DNA of 64,000 nucleotides from an uncultured delta proteobacterium (GTDB taxonomy: Bacteria; Desulfobacterota; Desulfobulbia; Desulfobulbales; BM004), in the NCBI GenBank assembly GCA_963783905.1, contig CAWAPG010000002.1, positions 65,032 to 129,031 on the forward strand, in the 5' to 3' direction. Of this stretch, positions 1 through 9,876 are shown piece after piece. The first letter of the stretch is position 1; the number at the start of each line of letters is the position of its first letter. The notes beneath the pieces are model-generated. The model did not search any database. It saw only the letters and a list, made by a program, of their open reading frames with translations, and was not told the origin of the DNA. The position numbers and the translations under genes were made by a program.

Positions 1-150
1 CGGAAAGGCAAGGGTTGACGGATTTACCGTAAATCAGCGGGTAAAAATTCCGCAATAATGGTAAAAGGAATGGTTGTAGCAAAGTGGCTGCTGTTTTAAT
101 TTATGAGGATATCGCTTTATAACTTGAAAAACTACACTGGAGGTTAAACT

Positions 151-636
151 ATGAGAAACAGGATTACTTGGTTGTTAAGTATTGCCGTATGCGTATTATT
201 CCTGGGAGGCATGTCCAGCCATGCTTTTGCCGAGGCCATGGGGCCGATGGATTTTGTTGCTGCGGCCAAGGCCAAGATCGTTGAGGTCACCCCGCAGCAG
301 GTCAAGGCCGACATGGATGCCGGCAAGCAGGTTATTCTGCTGGATGTCCGCGGCATTGAAGAATTTGAGGCCGGTCATCTTCCCGGTGCCATGAATATTT
401 CCCGCGGTGTGCTTGAGTTCAAGATCGGAGCGATGCTCCCGAACAGGAGTGCCAACATTGTTCTATACTGCCGCACCGGGGCCCGTTCTGCACTGGCAAC
501 CGAAGTGCTGCAGGAAATGGGATATACGAATGTCAAGAATATGGCCGGTGCCTTCAAGGCCTGGGGTGAAGCGGGCTACCCGATATACAACAGGCATGGT
601 GAATTCACCATGGTCGCCTTTGAGAAACAGGGATAG
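151..636 (+). CDS. secreted single-domain rhodanese-like sulfurtransferase
   Basis: N-terminal signal peptide (LLSIAVCVLFLGGMSSHAFA). Rhodanese fold motifs VILLDVRG..EF..GHLPGAMNI and active-site loop CRTGARS. SD GGAGG lies upstream of the ATG. Confidence 0.85.
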   Translation: MRNRITWLLSIAVCVLFLGGMSSHAFAEAMGPMDFVAAAKAKIVEVTPQQVKADMDAGKQVILLDVRGIEEFEAGHLPGAMNISRGVLEFKIGAMLPNRSANIVLYCRTGARSALATEVLQEMGYTNVKNMAGAFKAWGEAGYPIYNRHGEFTMVAFEKQG

Positions 637-660
637 AAGCGTTTTTTTAATTTGCACGGA

Positions 661-696
661 AAAAGGCTCCCGGCTTAGATGCCGGGAGCCTTTTTC
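661..696. terminator. bidirectional rho-independent terminator between convergent genes
   Basis: Perfect stem GGCTCCCGGC / GCCGGGAGCC (665-674 / 681-690) with a 6-nt loop, flanked by an A-run and a T-run. Confidence 0.7.
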
Positions 697-713
697 ATGG
701 AAAAATTATCGTA

Positions 714-1421
714 CTAGAAACGGCTCCGTTTCCTCCGGGAAATCTTGCCGATCACCCAGCCGAAGAGAAAAACACCGCCGCCGGCGAGAAACCATTTAAT
801 CATTCGGGAATCCGACAGCTTGTCGTATCTTTTCATCAGGGCGGCAGCATCTTCTTTCAGGACTTTATTCTCCTGCCGCAGGAGATCCCGCTCTGCAGCT
901 ATCTCAACAACATTTTCAGTCTGGGCCATCAGGGTATCATATTTTTCGGACATTGCCTGTTCGTTGTTCAATGCCTGTTCAAGTTTCAGTTGCAAGTCGG
1001 CAATTTTTTCCTGCATTGCGGAAATTTCCTGTTGGGATGTTTCCTGCCCGGTTTTGAGCTGCTGCTCAAGATTGCTTTTGGTTTCTTCCAGGGCGCTGAT
1101 TTTTTCCTGCAGAGAGCTGTTGCGTCCTGCAAGTTCTTCAATGCGCTGGCCTTTGGGAGGATCAGAGCTTATATACTGCCGCAGGACGTATCCTTCAACT
1201 CCGTCGGTGGTCCTCACTTTGAGATAGGATTTTCCTTCCTCCAGCACTTCAAGGGGAGTGCCTGTTTTCAAGGTTCTTATTATTTTGTACTGGGTGCTTT
1301 TCCCCTCTCTTAAGGTGATTACCAGCTCGTCTGTGACATAGCGTGTGTCTGCAGCGGCCCTTAATGCAATCACATTTGATGTGAGCAGGATAATGGTAAA
1401 AAGAATGGCGCTGAAACGCAT
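714..1421 (-). CDS. SH3b-domain protein with coiled coil and C-terminal membrane anchor (TIGR04211-like)
   Basis: Signal peptide, an SH3-like segment (RYVTDELVITLREG...GYVLRQYI), a long heptad-rich region and a C-terminal TM (WFLAGGGVFLFGWVIG) followed by RRKR. Confidence 0.75.
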   Translation of the reverse strand: MRFSAILFTIILLTSNVIALRAAADTRYVTDELVITLREGKSTQYKIIRTLKTGTPLEVLEEGKSYLKVRTTDGVEGYVLRQYISSDPPKGQRIEELAGRNSSLQEKISALEETKSNLEQQLKTGQETSQQEISAMQEKIADLQLKLEQALNNEQAMSEKYDTLMAQTENVVEIAAERDLLRQENKVLKEDAAALMKRYDKLSDSRMIKWFLAGGGVFLFGWVIGKISRRKRSRF

Positions 1422-1622
1422 TGCAGGTCTCCTGATAAAGTTGAGGCTGTTTTTCCGGGTACTTCCAGGATGTTGATCCGTCTTGCCGGTCCATTGTATT
1501 GCTTGATCAGAAAGGAACCTTAATGAACAATAGTTCCGGGTGTCAAGAGCGAAAAAGGCTGAAAGGGTTGTATGGTAAACCCCAGGTTGGATTACTCCGA
1601 TGTTTCACCGCAGCAGGAGAGG

Positions 1623-2390
1623 TTAAAGGGTTATGGTGGTTCCTTTTTCAGGCAGCACAATTTTTATTTCCGGATATTTCTTTTCCAGGCTTTCAATCGT
1701 TGTTTGCGCCCGGGCCCGGATACGGCGCTGCATATGAACCAGTGCCAGACGTTTCACCCCAGCATGACGGGCAAAATCAAGGCAGCCGGCAATGGAGCCG
1801 TGTCCCGGGGTTGTGTTTTCAAGTCCGTAGGCTTCATGGATTATGATATTGCATCCTGACGCCAGTGATCTGGTCTTGGAGGTCGGTCGGCCGTCACCGC
1901 TGTAAAATACTGCCTTGCCGTGGATTTCCAGCCTGAGAGAGAGGCAGGGCTGGGAATGGTCGTTGTAGGCCGTCTGCCAGACAGTGTCTGCCAATGTAAT
2001 TTGCTTTCCGGGTTCCGCTGTATGGAATAAGAGAGGAAAATTCAGGCGTGACAGCAGATCAGGATAGGCCAGTTCCATTGCCCTGGTAACCTTTGTTGCA
2101 ACTTCCGGAGGCCCCAGTATCTGCAGCGGTTTTCGCCGGCCTGTTTCCCAGAACCAGAGAAGCAGGAGGGGAGTGCCGAAAAAATGATCCCCATGCAAAT
2201 GAGATATCCACAGCATCTCCAGTTCTTCCGGGTTCGGCTCCAGGGAGAAGTATGCGGCAGGAACACTAAAGCCGCAGTCAAGCAGAATCCGCCCCGGCGC
2301 CTTATTGCCCGAATCCGTCGGCAGCAGGATTGAGGTGTTGCCCTGGTCGGCATCGCAGGCTTCACCGACCCCGAGAAAATAGATATTCAT
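1623..2390 (-). CDS. MBL-fold metallo-hydrolase (RNase Z/ElaC-like)
   Basis: Metallo-beta-lactamase signature HLHGDH, with downstream His/Asp ligand positions. Confidence 0.8.
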   Translation of the reverse strand: MNIYFLGVGEACDADQGNTSILLPTDSGNKAPGRILLDCGFSVPAAYFSLEPNPEELEMLWISHLHGDHFFGTPLLLLWFWETGRRKPLQILGPPEVATKVTRAMELAYPDLLSRLNFPLLFHTAEPGKQITLADTVWQTAYNDHSQPCLSLRLEIHGKAVFYSGDGRPTSKTRSLASGCNIIIHEAYGLENTTPGHGSIAGCLDFARHAGVKRLALVHMQRRIRARAQTTIESLEKKYPEIKIVLPEKGTTITL

Positions 2391-2431
2391 TATTCTGTTA
2401 CCTTGTACTTGGTTTACCGGCAGGGCAGAAA

Positions 2432-3358
2432 TTACTGCAGCTTATCCCCATCGGCAAGTTCTGCAATCACTTTTGCCAGGCCGCCTGTTACCCGCGCCAA
2501 AGAGTCATATTTAATTTTTTCCGGGGTATCCTGGGAGGTATGGTAGTACCTGTACCGGAAAAATGCGGTATCGGTAACCATGATCGCCCGATATCCTTCA
2601 CGCCAGAAGGACCAGTGATCAGACCAGCCGATGCCGGTGATCCAGCCGGGTGCGGCCGTTCCTTCGGCGGGGAATTTTGTGGTACGCCGAAAGGCTGCCA
2701 GGCTCGATGCAACCAGACGACGGGAGCGGATATTGCCGACAAAGCCGATAAAATTGGCAGTATGGGGATAGAAAAAACCAAAGGGAAATGGATAGTTTTG
2801 GCTGTCGGGCGCTTCCGTAAAATAGCCCATGGTTTCAAGGGAAAGCATGGCGACGATATTTTCCTTTTGACGGCGGGCGCGGGAGGCATAAACCCTGCTT
2901 CCCATATCCCGACGGAGAAAGAATGGGTGCTCTTCATTGGTGAAGGCCACGAGACGGATGGTTCTGGCCGGGTTGGTTTCGGCCAGCAGCCGTGAAATTT
3001 CAAGCAGTGACGCCACGCCGGAGCCGTTGTCATTTGCGCCGGGAGATCCCGGTACCGAATCGTAATGGGCCCCGACCAGGATAATCTGTCCGGCAAGAGC
3101 CCCGCCTTTGATTTCAATGATAAGATTGGGGGATTCCACCCCCTTTGCCGCATATACCTGGCGCTGGACCGGAAAATTCTGCACCTGCCAGACTCTTTCT
3201 ATATATTCGGCGGCGGCATAGAGTTTCTGCGGCCGCCAAATGTTTCTTTCTCCGATGTCTCCTGCCAGCATGAAAACATGGTCCCGGAGGTTGGCGCTGA
3301 TTTCTTTTTCCTGTTCTGCAAGGGGCAGGAAGGGACCGGAGTAGGATTCACCAACCAT
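2432..3358 (-). CDS. M28 family metallopeptidase (aminopeptidase); true start probably upstream of 3358
   Basis: Motifs GAHYDS, GANDNGSG and NEE are typical of M28. The in-frame upstream sequence (to 3457) encodes a signal-anchor KSKQRNLFIAAFTVLFFFVLFSVFV but has no ATG/GTG/TTG. Confidence 0.85.
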   Translation of the reverse strand: MVGESYSGPFLPLAEQEKEISANLRDHVFMLAGDIGERNIWRPQKLYAAAEYIERVWQVQNFPVQRQVYAAKGVESPNLIIEIKGGALAGQIILVGAHYDSVPGSPGANDNGSGVASLLEISRLLAETNPARTIRLVAFTNEEHPFFLRRDMGSRVYASRARRQKENIVAMLSLETMGYFTEAPDSQNYPFPFGFFYPHTANFIGFVGNIRSRRLVASSLAAFRRTTKFPAEGTAAPGWITGIGWSDHWSFWREGYRAIMVTDTAFFRYRYYHTSQDTPEKIKYDSLARVTGGLAKVIAELADGDKLQ

Positions 3359-3553
3359 TTGCGTTGTCCAGTGAACAAAAACAGAGAAGAGTACGAAAAA
3401 GAACAGAACGGTAAAAGCAGCAATAAACAGGTTTCGCTGCTTGGATTTTATTGCCTTTTAATCCATGGATTCGAATAGAGGAAACAGATTTAAGGCTTAT
3501 TGCCTGCGTCATACTGGGTTGATCCGGCACCCCCAATACATATCCTGAACCGG

Positions 3554-3970
3554 TCAGATGGTCGTATCATCAACGATAAAAAGGGAAGACCGGGCACCGA
3601 TACTTTTTTTCCTGACCCAGATCCTGGCCATGGGTACGGTCTCACCATCGATATCAACCATATTCATTATCTCTTCCACATACGAAATATCGGCGGTCTT
3701 GAATTCATAGTAGGAAGTTATCTTGCTGTACGGGTCGGTGATCAGGATAACTCTATTCGGATCATAGGGGTGTTTCCTTGGGGATCCGGTGAAGGAGATA
3801 TGAGTTTCTTTAAGGAGTTTCAGGTTTTTGGGCTTTTTATAAACCTGAATTTCGAACTTTTCATGCACATAGGGAAACAACTTAATCGGCATTTTCAACT
3901 CCTGATCGCAATAAAAGGGGCGGACAGCCATATCCGGATAATACCGCTGCAAAGCCGGGATCTGAAGCAA
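3554..3970 (-). CDS. conserved hypothetical protein (no family recognised)
   Basis: Clean 138-aa ORF with coding-like composition. Internal Met candidates exist (MAVRP, MPIKL). No motif identified. Confidence 0.5.
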   Translation of the reverse strand: MLQIPALQRYYPDMAVRPFYCDQELKMPIKLFPYVHEKFEIQVYKKPKNLKLLKETHISFTGSPRKHPYDPNRVILITDPYSKITSYYEFKTADISYVEEIMNMVDIDGETVPMARIWVRKKSIGARSSLFIVDDTTI

Positions 3971-4070
3971 AACTCCTGGTTACAATGCTTATATTGTATA
4001 TCAATAACTTTAAAAAAAGAAGATTTTTCTTGTAATGCCCGACACTAAGATACCGGTCATTTGATATGTA

Positions 4071-5813
4071 TCAATCAGATGCCTTCTGGACAGGCCACCA
4101 GTCAACCCTGATTCGGCGGATGGCATTAAAGCCGCCGCCGAGAACAAGGTTGTTTTCCCGTCCGACGGAGTCCAGAAAATTCTGGACCTCTGATGAACGG
4201 GTGCCGGCATCACAGATTATGATCATCTTTCTGTCATCCGGTAATTCCTTGTACCGGGAACGAATATTTACATAGGGAATGTCTATCCAGAGATCGGTGC
4301 CGAATTTTTCGACGAATGGCGCGGCTTCCTTGGGATGCCTGATATCCAGGGCAGCCCATTCGGGTTTGGTTCCGGGTTCCGCCATCCAGGCCAGAAAATC
4401 TTCAATGGCAACGGTGCGCAGCCGCCCGGCCGCGAGGTTGTCGGCAACGTTTGCCGTGGCGTTTAACGCATCCATTGCGGTGGAAAACGGCGGTGCATAC
4501 GCCATTTCCAGGGTGCTGAAATCCTCGATTGACGCACCTTTGGCAATAAGACCCGCTGCGGCATTGATCCTGGCCAGGATTGAATCGTTCATCGGACCGA
4601 AACCCTGGAGCCCCAGAACCTTACGACTGGTTTTGTCAAAAATCATCTGCAGCATGATCACCGCCTGGGTGGGGAAAAAATGGGCCCGGTCCGACTGGGC
4701 GGTAATGGCCACTTCTGCATCATATCCCAAATCTTTGGCAGCCGTGTAGCTGAGCCCGGTGCCCCCGATGCAGCAGTCAAACGCCTTCATGATGAAACTG
4801 CCAATCCATCCTTCAAACCGGGACGGAATGCCGGCAATATTATCGGCTGCTATTCGGCCCTGCCGGTTGGCAAGGGAGCCCATGGGCGCGTTGTTTTTCA
4901 TGCCGCTCACCAGGTTGGTTATTTCCACGCAGTCTCCGGCTGCATAAATAGCGGGATCAGAGGTTTGCATGCGGTTGTTCACCACAATTCCTCCCTGGGG
5001 TGAAACAAGAAGCCCGGCCGTTTGCGCCAGGTCACCGCGGGGCCGCACACCAACGGCCATAATAACCAGATCGGCGTCAATCGTCCGTTTTGAGGTCTGC
5101 ACCCGGCAGACTCTTCCATCTGCATCACCTTCAAGGCTGGTGGCTGATTCACCGGTGTAAACAGCAATATGGTTATCCCTGAGGTGTTTTTCCAGCATGG
5201 CCGCAAATGGCGGATCGACAATACGGGGAAGCAGCTGGTTCATGTATTCCAGCACCGTGGTTTCGATTCCCCATAGGTCAGCCAAAGATTCGGCCATTTC
5301 GAGGCCGATGGCGCCGCCGCCGATGACAACGGCTTTCGTCACCCTGCCCCGGGCCAGGTCGTCTTTTATGGCAATGGCGCGGTGCATGTTATTGACCACG
5401 TATACTCCGGCAAGATCTGCTCCGGGAATCTGCAGTCGGTTGGGAATGGAGCCGGTGGCAAGGACGAGATTGTCATAGGGAAGTTCATTCAGTTCGCCGG
5501 TATCCAGCTGCTGCACCCTGACGGTCCGGGCCAGCCGGTCTATGGCCAGCGCCCTGGTCCGAGTCAGCATGGTAACGCCCTTGGCGTCATTGAAAAAAAC
5601 CTCATCGCGGACAACATGGAAGCTTGTTGAACGCAGCTCTTTTTCATCGGAAACATCGCCGGAGACAAAGTAGGGGATGCCGCAGCCGCCATAGGAAATA
5701 AGATTGTCCTGGTCAACCATTACGACCTCGGCGTCCGGCAGCAGCCGCTTGACCCGGCAGGCGGTTTTGGGTCCGGCCGCCACCCCGCCGATGATTAAGA
5801 TTTTTTTAGACAT
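4071..5813 (-). CDS. CoA-disulfide reductase / NADH-dependent persulfide reductase-type flavoprotein with C-terminal rhodanese domain
   Basis: N-terminal GGVAAG FAD motif, redox Cys in SYGGCGIPYF and a second dinucleotide motif GGGAIGLE. The C-terminal rhodanese has active-site CDAGTRS. Confidence 0.85.
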   Translation of the reverse strand: MSKKILIIGGVAAGPKTACRVKRLLPDAEVVMVDQDNLISYGGCGIPYFVSGDVSDEKELRSTSFHVVRDEVFFNDAKGVTMLTRTRALAIDRLARTVRVQQLDTGELNELPYDNLVLATGSIPNRLQIPGADLAGVYVVNNMHRAIAIKDDLARGRVTKAVVIGGGAIGLEMAESLADLWGIETTVLEYMNQLLPRIVDPPFAAMLEKHLRDNHIAVYTGESATSLEGDADGRVCRVQTSKRTIDADLVIMAVGVRPRGDLAQTAGLLVSPQGGIVVNNRMQTSDPAIYAAGDCVEITNLVSGMKNNAPMGSLANRQGRIAADNIAGIPSRFEGWIGSFIMKAFDCCIGGTGLSYTAAKDLGYDAEVAITAQSDRAHFFPTQAVIMLQMIFDKTSRKVLGLQGFGPMNDSILARINAAAGLIAKGASIEDFSTLEMAYAPPFSTAMDALNATANVADNLAAGRLRTVAIEDFLAWMAEPGTKPEWAALDIRHPKEAAPFVEKFGTDLWIDIPYVNIRSRYKELPDDRKMIIICDAGTRSSEVQNFLDSVGRENNLVLGGGFNAIRRIRVDWWPVQKASD

Positions 5814-6074
5814 GGATGATAAACCTTTTGGGATTAATAGGAGATGATTTTTGCCAAACGAACGGTAAATACGATCGGAAAATATAAGGAAAATCCATTG
5901 CTGTCAAATAATTCAGCCCCGATATCTGTAGAGAAACAAGGTTATTGACTTCCTTGCGGCAGTTCCGGCGGCGATGGATGTGATCTAGAATCGGGACCGG
6001 GAAGATTTATAATTGTGGTGCCGATGGTGAAAACGCCCTGCCGGAATCAACCGGCAGGGCGGGATGGGCAGATA

Positions 6075-6227
6075 TTATTTCTTTGCTGAACAGGTGCAGC
6101 CGCAGCCGGAGGATTTTTTCTCCTCCTGTTTCTGCATGGTCCCTGCTTCGGAACATTCGGGACATTTCTTAGGCTTGCACCTGCCTTCCTTTGTCGCACC
6201 GCATTTTTCACATTTAAATACCGCCAT
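6075..6227 (-). CDS. 50-aa Cys-rich zinc-ribbon/metal-binding mini-protein
   Basis: The internal ATG at 6227 is preceded by SD AAGGAG. The product is MAVFKCEKCG...CPEC...GCGCTCSAKK (8 Cys in 50 aa). It is divergent from copA. The longer 103-aa ORF-track version has a non-coding-like N-terminus. Confidence 0.55.
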   Translation of the reverse strand: MAVFKCEKCGATKEGRCKPKKCPECSEAGTMQKQEEKKSSGCGCTCSAKK

Positions 6228-6653
6228 TGTATTCTCCTTATGTCTCTTTTTTATTTTTACCGGATGCTGGCAATTATTGCCGGTTCCCCGGTATCTGGTA
6301 AAGATCAGGGGGATGCAGTCCCCGGACTTTTGGAAAGCCCGGTACAGAATGGGTGAAATAATAATCATCCAAAATGATTTTGCCAATGGAGGCTGTTTAA
6401 AATTAGTTTAAAAAACAGAGAAAGCAGCAGCATCACCCTTTTGGTAAAATACTTCATTTCAGGGTTTGGGAAAGTATCCGCCGGATTGATCCGGGCACCA
6501 TCTGTGCTTATAGTTGTACAACAGGATTGCAGGAAGAGTTGATTGTTTAGGTGTTGCACGTTATTGTGGGCGCCGCAGAGGGAGAATGTGGTGCCTTTCG
6601 CTTTTTCTCCCATAACCCGCTAACCTCAAGGCCGGCATTATGCGCCTTGATGA

Positions 6654-9170
6654 ATGAGAAAATTTATGGCTGATTTACAAAAGAAGACCCTTGCCGTTAA
6701 AGGCATGACCTGTGCATCCTGTGCCGCCCGGATCGAAAGAGTGCTGTCGGGCCTGGATGGCATCGATACGGTTGCAGTGAACCTCGCAGCGGAAACCATG
6801 GAGGTGAAATGGGACGGGACAATACTTGCCCTGGAAGATATTTTTGCAGCCGTCGCCGGTCTTGGTTTTGAACTTGAAATGCCGAGCAGCAGGGTAACCC
6901 TGGATCTTGACATTAAGGGCATGACCTGCGCCTCCTGTTCAGCCCGTATAGAAAAGGTGGTTTCAAATCTTGACGGGGTGCAGTCCATGCAGGTTAACCT
7001 GGCCAGTGAAACCGGGGTGGCGGTTTTTGACCCCGAGGTCATCAGCAGGCGAAAGATACTGAAAACCATCAACGGCCTGGGCTTTGAGGCGGAGCTGCTG
7101 GGTGAACAGGATGAAAACCTGCTGTTGAAACAACAGCGGGAGACCCGGGAAAAACTGGCCAGGATGAAAAAAGAACTGATTCCGGCCTTCGGTTTTGCCT
7201 TTGTCCTGCTTCTGCTTTCCATGGGTGAGATGCTGGGCATGCCGCTGCCGCGGTTTCTGGATCCCCGTCATGAGCCGCTTCATTTTGCCCTGGCGCAGTT
7301 TCTCCTGGTATTGCCGGTCATATGGTCCGGCCGTCGTTTTTATCTCATCGGCTTTCCGGCCCTGATCAGGAAATCCCCCAACATGGATTCCCTCATCGCG
7401 GTCGGCACCGGCGCCGCCTTTGTCTATTCAACCTGGAATCTGGTGGAGATAGCTCTGGGCATTGATCCAATGACCCGGGTTATGGACCTGTACTTCGAGT
7501 CTGCCGCCGTTCTGATCGCCTTGGTATCATTGGGTAAATACATGGAGACGCGCTCCAAGGCCAAAACTTCCGATGCCATCAGTCAGCTCATGGAGCTTAC
7601 ACCTGATAAGGCAACCCTGGTGAAAAATCCGGGAACGGAAAAAGAGGAACAGGTTGTTATTCTGGTCTCCGAGATTGAAGCCGGCGACCTGATCCTGATT
7701 CGTCCCGGTGAACGGGTTCCGGTGGACGGCACGGTGAAAAAAGGCCATTCCAGCGTCGATGAATCCATGCTGACCGGCGAGAGTCTGCCGGTATCCAAAA
7801 CCGAAGGGGACAAGGTTATCGGCGGCACCCTGAACAAGAACGGCATGCTGCGGGTGGCCGCCGAGCGTGTGGGCCAGGATACTGTACTGGCGCGCATCAT
7901 TAAAATGGTGCGGGAAGCCCAGGGCTCCAAGGCTCCCATTGCCAACCTGGCCGACAGGATAAGTTTATATTTTGTCCCCATCGTCATGGTCATTGCAACC
8001 CTGTCCGGCCTGGCCTGGTATTTTATCGGTGATGCCCAGTTTTCCTTTGCCCTGCGGATATTCATCGCCGTCCTGGTAATAGCCTGTCCCTGTGCCATGG
8101 GGCTGGCAACCCCAACTTCGATCATGGTCGGCACCGGTAGAGGGGCCCAGCTCGGGGTTCTTTTTAAGAGCGGCGGGGCTCTGGAAATGACCCAGGGAAT
8201 CAATGCCCTGGTCTTTGACAAAACCGGGACCCTGACCTTTGGCAAGCCGCAGTTAACCGATTTTGAACCGGTGCCGGGAACTTCCATTCCTCCGGACGAA
8301 ATTTTAGCCCTGGTGGCAGGTGCGGAAAGCGTGTCGGAGCATCCCCTGGCCGAGGCAATTGTCCAGGAGGCACGGGCCAGAAAGTTGCCGCTGCAGGAGC
8401 CGGATTCCTTCGAAGCAATTCCAGGCAAGGGAATCAAGGCGTCCATTGGAGGCAGGGAGCTTTTGCTCGGCAACAGGGAGTTTATCAGGGAACGGGCAAC
8501 AAATTTTGCCGGCCGGGATGCCGATGCCAGGGCGGCCGAATTTGCCGCTGTCGGCAAAACGGCACTTTTCCTGGCCGTCGACGGCGAACTGACCGCATTA
8601 CTGGCCATTGCCGACCGGATAAAACCTGAAACGCCGGACACCATCAGCAGGCTGAAAAAGCTGGGAATCAAGATTTTCATGCTCACCGGCGACAATGAAG
8701 CAACGGCAAAGGCAATTGCTGCCCAGGCCGGTATCCAGGAGGTTATTGCCGAAGTTCTGCCCGATTTTAAGGCTGAAAAGGTGGCTGAACTACAGGGGCA
8801 GGGCATGAAGGTCGGCATGGTGGGCGACGGCATAAATGATGCCCCGGCCCTGGCCAAAGCCGATGTCGGGATCGCCATGGGCACCGGTATAGATGTGGCG
8901 GTAGAATCAGGCGATATCGTGCTGATGACGGGCGAACTCGGCGGGGTGCTGACGGCCCTGGCCCTCAGCCGGGCGACCATGCGCAACATCAGGCAGAATC
9001 TATTCTGGGCCTTTGCTTATAATGTCGTGGGAATTCCGGTTGCCGCGGGCCTGCTTTACATTTTCGGCGGTCCCACCCTGAATCCGATGATTGCCGGGGG
9101 CGCCATGGCCTTGAGTTCGGTGTCGGTGGTGAGCAATGCCCTGCGATTGCGTTTTTTCACCCCGGCCTGA
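6654..9170 (+). CDS. copA: copper-translocating P1B-type ATPase
   Basis: Two N-terminal HMA domains (GMTCASC twice), a CPC transmembrane motif, the DKTGT phosphorylation site and the GDGINDAP hinge. An alternative start lies at 6666. Confidence 0.95.
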   Translation: MRKFMADLQKKTLAVKGMTCASCAARIERVLSGLDGIDTVAVNLAAETMEVKWDGTILALEDIFAAVAGLGFELEMPSSRVTLDLDIKGMTCASCSARIEKVVSNLDGVQSMQVNLASETGVAVFDPEVISRRKILKTINGLGFEAELLGEQDENLLLKQQRETREKLARMKKELIPAFGFAFVLLLLSMGEMLGMPLPRFLDPRHEPLHFALAQFLLVLPVIWSGRRFYLIGFPALIRKSPNMDSLIAVGTGAAFVYSTWNLVEIALGIDPMTRVMDLYFESAAVLIALVSLGKYMETRSKAKTSDAISQLMELTPDKATLVKNPGTEKEEQVVILVSEIEAGDLILIRPGERVPVDGTVKKGHSSVDESMLTGESLPVSKTEGDKVIGGTLNKNGMLRVAAERVGQDTVLARIIKMVREAQGSKAPIANLADRISLYFVPIVMVIATLSGLAWYFIGDAQFSFALRIFIAVLVIACPCAMGLATPTSIMVGTGRGAQLGVLFKSGGALEMTQGINALVFDKTGTLTFGKPQLTDFEPVPGTSIPPDEILALVAGAESVSEHPLAEAIVQEARARKLPLQEPDSFEAIPGKGIKASIGGRELLLGNREFIRERATNFAGRDADARAAEFAAVGKTALFLAVDGELTALLAIADRIKPETPDTISRLKKLGIKIFMLTGDNEATAKAIAAQAGIQEVIAEVLPDFKAEKVAELQGQGMKVGMVGDGINDAPALAKADVGIAMGTGIDVAVESGDIVLMTGELGGVLTALALSRATMRNIRQNLFWAFAYNVVGIPVAAGLLYIFGGPTLNPMIAGGAMALSSVSVVSNALRLRFFTPA

Positions 9171-9282
9171 TGATTTTTCCCGGCCGGGAGCTCCCACCAT
9201 AAAAAATTCTGAAGCTGTTCTCCTGATTATCTTCCCGGACCTGGTCCCAGGCTTTATCGATATTTGCCCGCCGGGGCCCGGG

Positions 9283-9876
9283 TCAGATTTCCTCCTCTTC
9301 TTCGGGCATGATTGAACGGGGCAGGCTGTCCAGGTCAAACTTTTCAGCCGCCCTAAATCCTGCCTGCAGGGCTTTGCCGTTCATTTCTCTGGTCTTCGGC
9401 GGCACCCTGGCAACAAGGGCATCCTCCAGATTTCGGGGGGCCAGCAAAGCGCAGAAATGCCCGAGGGCACCCAGGGCAACAATGTTGGCGACCAGGTCCT
9501 TTCCCGCCGTATCTCTGGCAATTTTGGTGAAAGGAAGTGTAACAACCCGGCTGGTGGGAACCTGGTCAACGAGCCCGGAGTCAACGAGCAGCAGACCATT
9601 CGGCTTAAAATCAAAACAGTAGGCATCGCAGGATGCCTGGTTCATGGCCAGCATCATATCGAGCTGTACCGCCTTCGGATAGTCGATCGGACTGCTGCTG
9701 ACGACCACCTCAGCCTTGCAGCGGCCGCCGCGTGCTTCGGGGCCGTAGCTCTGGGTCTGGCTTACATTATAGCCGGCAAAAATACCGGCCGCCTCCGCCA
9801 GAATAATGGAGGCCAGAACGATACCCTGTCCGCCGGCGCCGCTCAAACGAATTTCATATCGATCAATATCCATCAC
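9283..9876 (-). CDS. 2-oxoacid:ferredoxin oxidoreductase, gamma subunit
   Basis: Typical gamma N-terminus (IRLSGAGGQGIVLAS) and position at the end of the four-gene OFOR cluster. There is a 4-nt overlap with the beta subunit gene. Confidence 0.85.
   Translation of the reverse strand: MMDIDRYEIRLSGAGGQGIVLASIILAEAAGIFAGYNVSQTQSYGPEARGGRCKAEVVVSSSPIDYPKAVQLDMMLAMNQASCDAYCFDFKPNGLLLVDSGLVDQVPTSRVVTLPFTKIARDTAGKDLVANIVALGALGHFCALLAPRNLEDALVARVPPKTREMNGKALQAGFRAAEKFDLDSLPRSIMPEEEEEI

Noticed and set aside
3500-3556. TGA stop of the 138-aa ORF followed by 14 more in-frame codons (…PVQDMYWGCRINPV) as a second Sec candidate
   Set aside because: The extension is short and ends in another TGA. It has no hairpin at a suitable distance and no redox motif around the TGA.
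6269-6281. Palindrome GGCAAT-T-ATTGCC upstream of the Cys-rich mini-gene
   Set aside because: It is only mentioned as context. Six-bp arms are expected by chance many times in this window, so it is not reported as an operator.
6638-8989. Long minus-strand ORFs (6638-7240, 200 aa; 7583-8989, 468 aa; others) opposite copA
   Set aside because: They are shadow ORFs in a GC-rich gene. Their products are Ser/Ala/Pro/Arg-rich low-complexity sequence without motifs, while the + strand frame encodes an unmistakable P-type ATPase.
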